Origin: Centroscyllium fabricii
Lineage: Eukaryota
Direction of reading: 5' to 3'
Length of the DNA stretch: 64,000 nt
Assembly: GCA_051313645.2 (NCBI GenBank)
Contig: JBNRSN020000011.1
Location: forward strand, 930,001-994,000
The notes beneath the pieces are model-generated. The model was not told where the DNA came from. It searched no databases and saw only the letters and a program-made list of their open reading frames with translations. Shown here in pieces: positions 62,801 through 64,000 of this stretch. Both the position numbers and the translations under genes were made by a program. Position 1 is the first letter of the stretch, and each line of letters starts with the position of its first letter.

Positions 62801-64000
62801 CTTTACCGACCAGGTATACTCAATGAACCCCCGGACGCACTGTCCAGGGGAACGTGCGCCAGTACCCAGCTAGACCGGCTGAAGGACCTCCACGACCGCC
62901 TCTGCCACCCGGGTGTCACCAGACTCGCCCATTTTGTCAAAGCTAATAATCTCCCCTACTCCATCACGGAGATCAAAGCCATGACCCGAGAGTGCGCCGT
63001 CTGCGCCGAGTGCAAACCCCACTTTTTCCGGCCAGACACGGCGCACCTCATTAAGGCCACCCGCCCCTTTGAACGTCTCAGCGTGGACTTCAAAGGCCCC
63101 CTCCCTTCCACCGACCGGAACTCATATTTCCTCACGGTAGTGGATGAGTTCTCCCGCTTCCCCTTCGCCTTCCCCTGCCCAGACATGACGAGCGCAACGG
63201 TGATCAAACACTTCACCACGCTGTTCGCCATCTTCGGTTTCCCCAGCTACATTCATAGCGACCGGGGGTCATCGTTCATGAGCGATGATCTGCGCCAGTT
63301 TCTGCTCCAGAAAGGGGTTGCCACGAGCAGAACGACCAGTTACAACCCCCGGGGGAACGGCCAGGTAGAAAGGGAGAATGGGATTATCTGGAAGGCGGTT
63401 ACTCTAGCCCTCAAGTCCAGAGGCCTTCCAGTGTCCCACTGGCAGGCAGTCCTCCCAGGCGCGCTGCACTCTATTAGGTCGCTATTATGTACAGCTACTA
63501 ATGCCACCCCGCACGACCTTGTCTTCTCTTTCAGCAGGAGATCATCTTCGGGGACGGCGCTCCCACCATGGCTGACGACCCCTGGGCCGGTGTTTCTTAA
63601 AAGGCACGTTCGGGGCCACAAGACGGACCCCCTGGTGGACAAGGTACAACTCCTACACGCCAACCCACAATATGCCTTTGTGCAGTTCCCAGACGGGCGT
63701 GAGGACACCGTGTCCATCAGGGACCTGGCCCCGGCCGGCAACACCACCACAGCTCCTCCTGCTGGCCAGCAGGTCGACCTACCATCGACCACAAGACGGC
63801 CCCCGAGTTCCCCCGCAGATGCACAAGACGAGGTTCCGCAGAGTCACGAAACTACAGCACCGACGGAGACAGACTATTCGGCCATGGGGCAATCACCGCC
63901 AACATCGGAACCCTGGCGGTCAGCAAGACAAACGCGGCCGCCGGAGAGACTCATTGTGAACTGTTCAATTTATCTTCCCCCCCCCCCGGACTCAAAGTTT
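59823..64000 (+). pseudogene. Disabled gag-pol of element B
   Basis: Start appears mutated to ACG (59823). Frameshifts at the (CA)n run near 61125-61143 and in the protease region. Stops at 61616 and 62021. The frame from 62024 appears open to the window end. Confidence 0.85.

Larger units (their letters stand above)
59519..64000 (+). mobile_element. Gypsy LTR retrotransposon B (Mag-like, two zinc knuckles), near full length; 3' LTR lies beyond the window
   Basis: Order gag-PR-RT-RH-IN: CYFCGQGQHPRAQC/CERCTKKGHYARAC; LFDTGS; IDLKSAYHQ, VPFGVTN, YLDN; ESDASD...EKEA...TDQ; HHCC; VDFKGP, HSDRG, GNGQVER. Confidence 0.96.

Overview
Vertebrate DNA, almost certainly a shark or ray (HE1-type SINE, elasmobranch-type CR1 LINEs, Penelope and Gypsy elements). 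The only host coding sequence I can support is one 167-bp internal exon of RABGAP1L (2374-2540, +); the rest appears to be intronic. About 150 bp after that exon starts a ~48.5-kb tandem array of a 27-bp monomer (consensus CCTGGCACTGGGAGATCAATCCCCTAC, roughly 1,700 copies). It has higher-order duplications (371 bp, ~1.15, 2.2, 2.4 and ~8.3 kb) and three CR1 inserts that act as time markers. The hundreds of LALGDQSPT/WHWEINPLP/ISQCQGRG ORFs are by-products of this repeat. The flanks are nested TEs: CR1, Rex1/Babar, RTE-X-like, a Penelope hairpin with hammerhead remnants, a hAT-Charlie end and three Gypsy pieces. Most interesting signal: two divergent Gypsy elements both lack a tRNA primer-binding site. 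In its place each has a 14-15-nt perfect complement of its own LTR AATAAA region, with compensatory changes and internal hairpins. This is a candidate tRNA-independent priming or poly(A)-occlusion system, and the one visible RT reads YLDN instead of YxDD. All family names come from recognition, not database searches.
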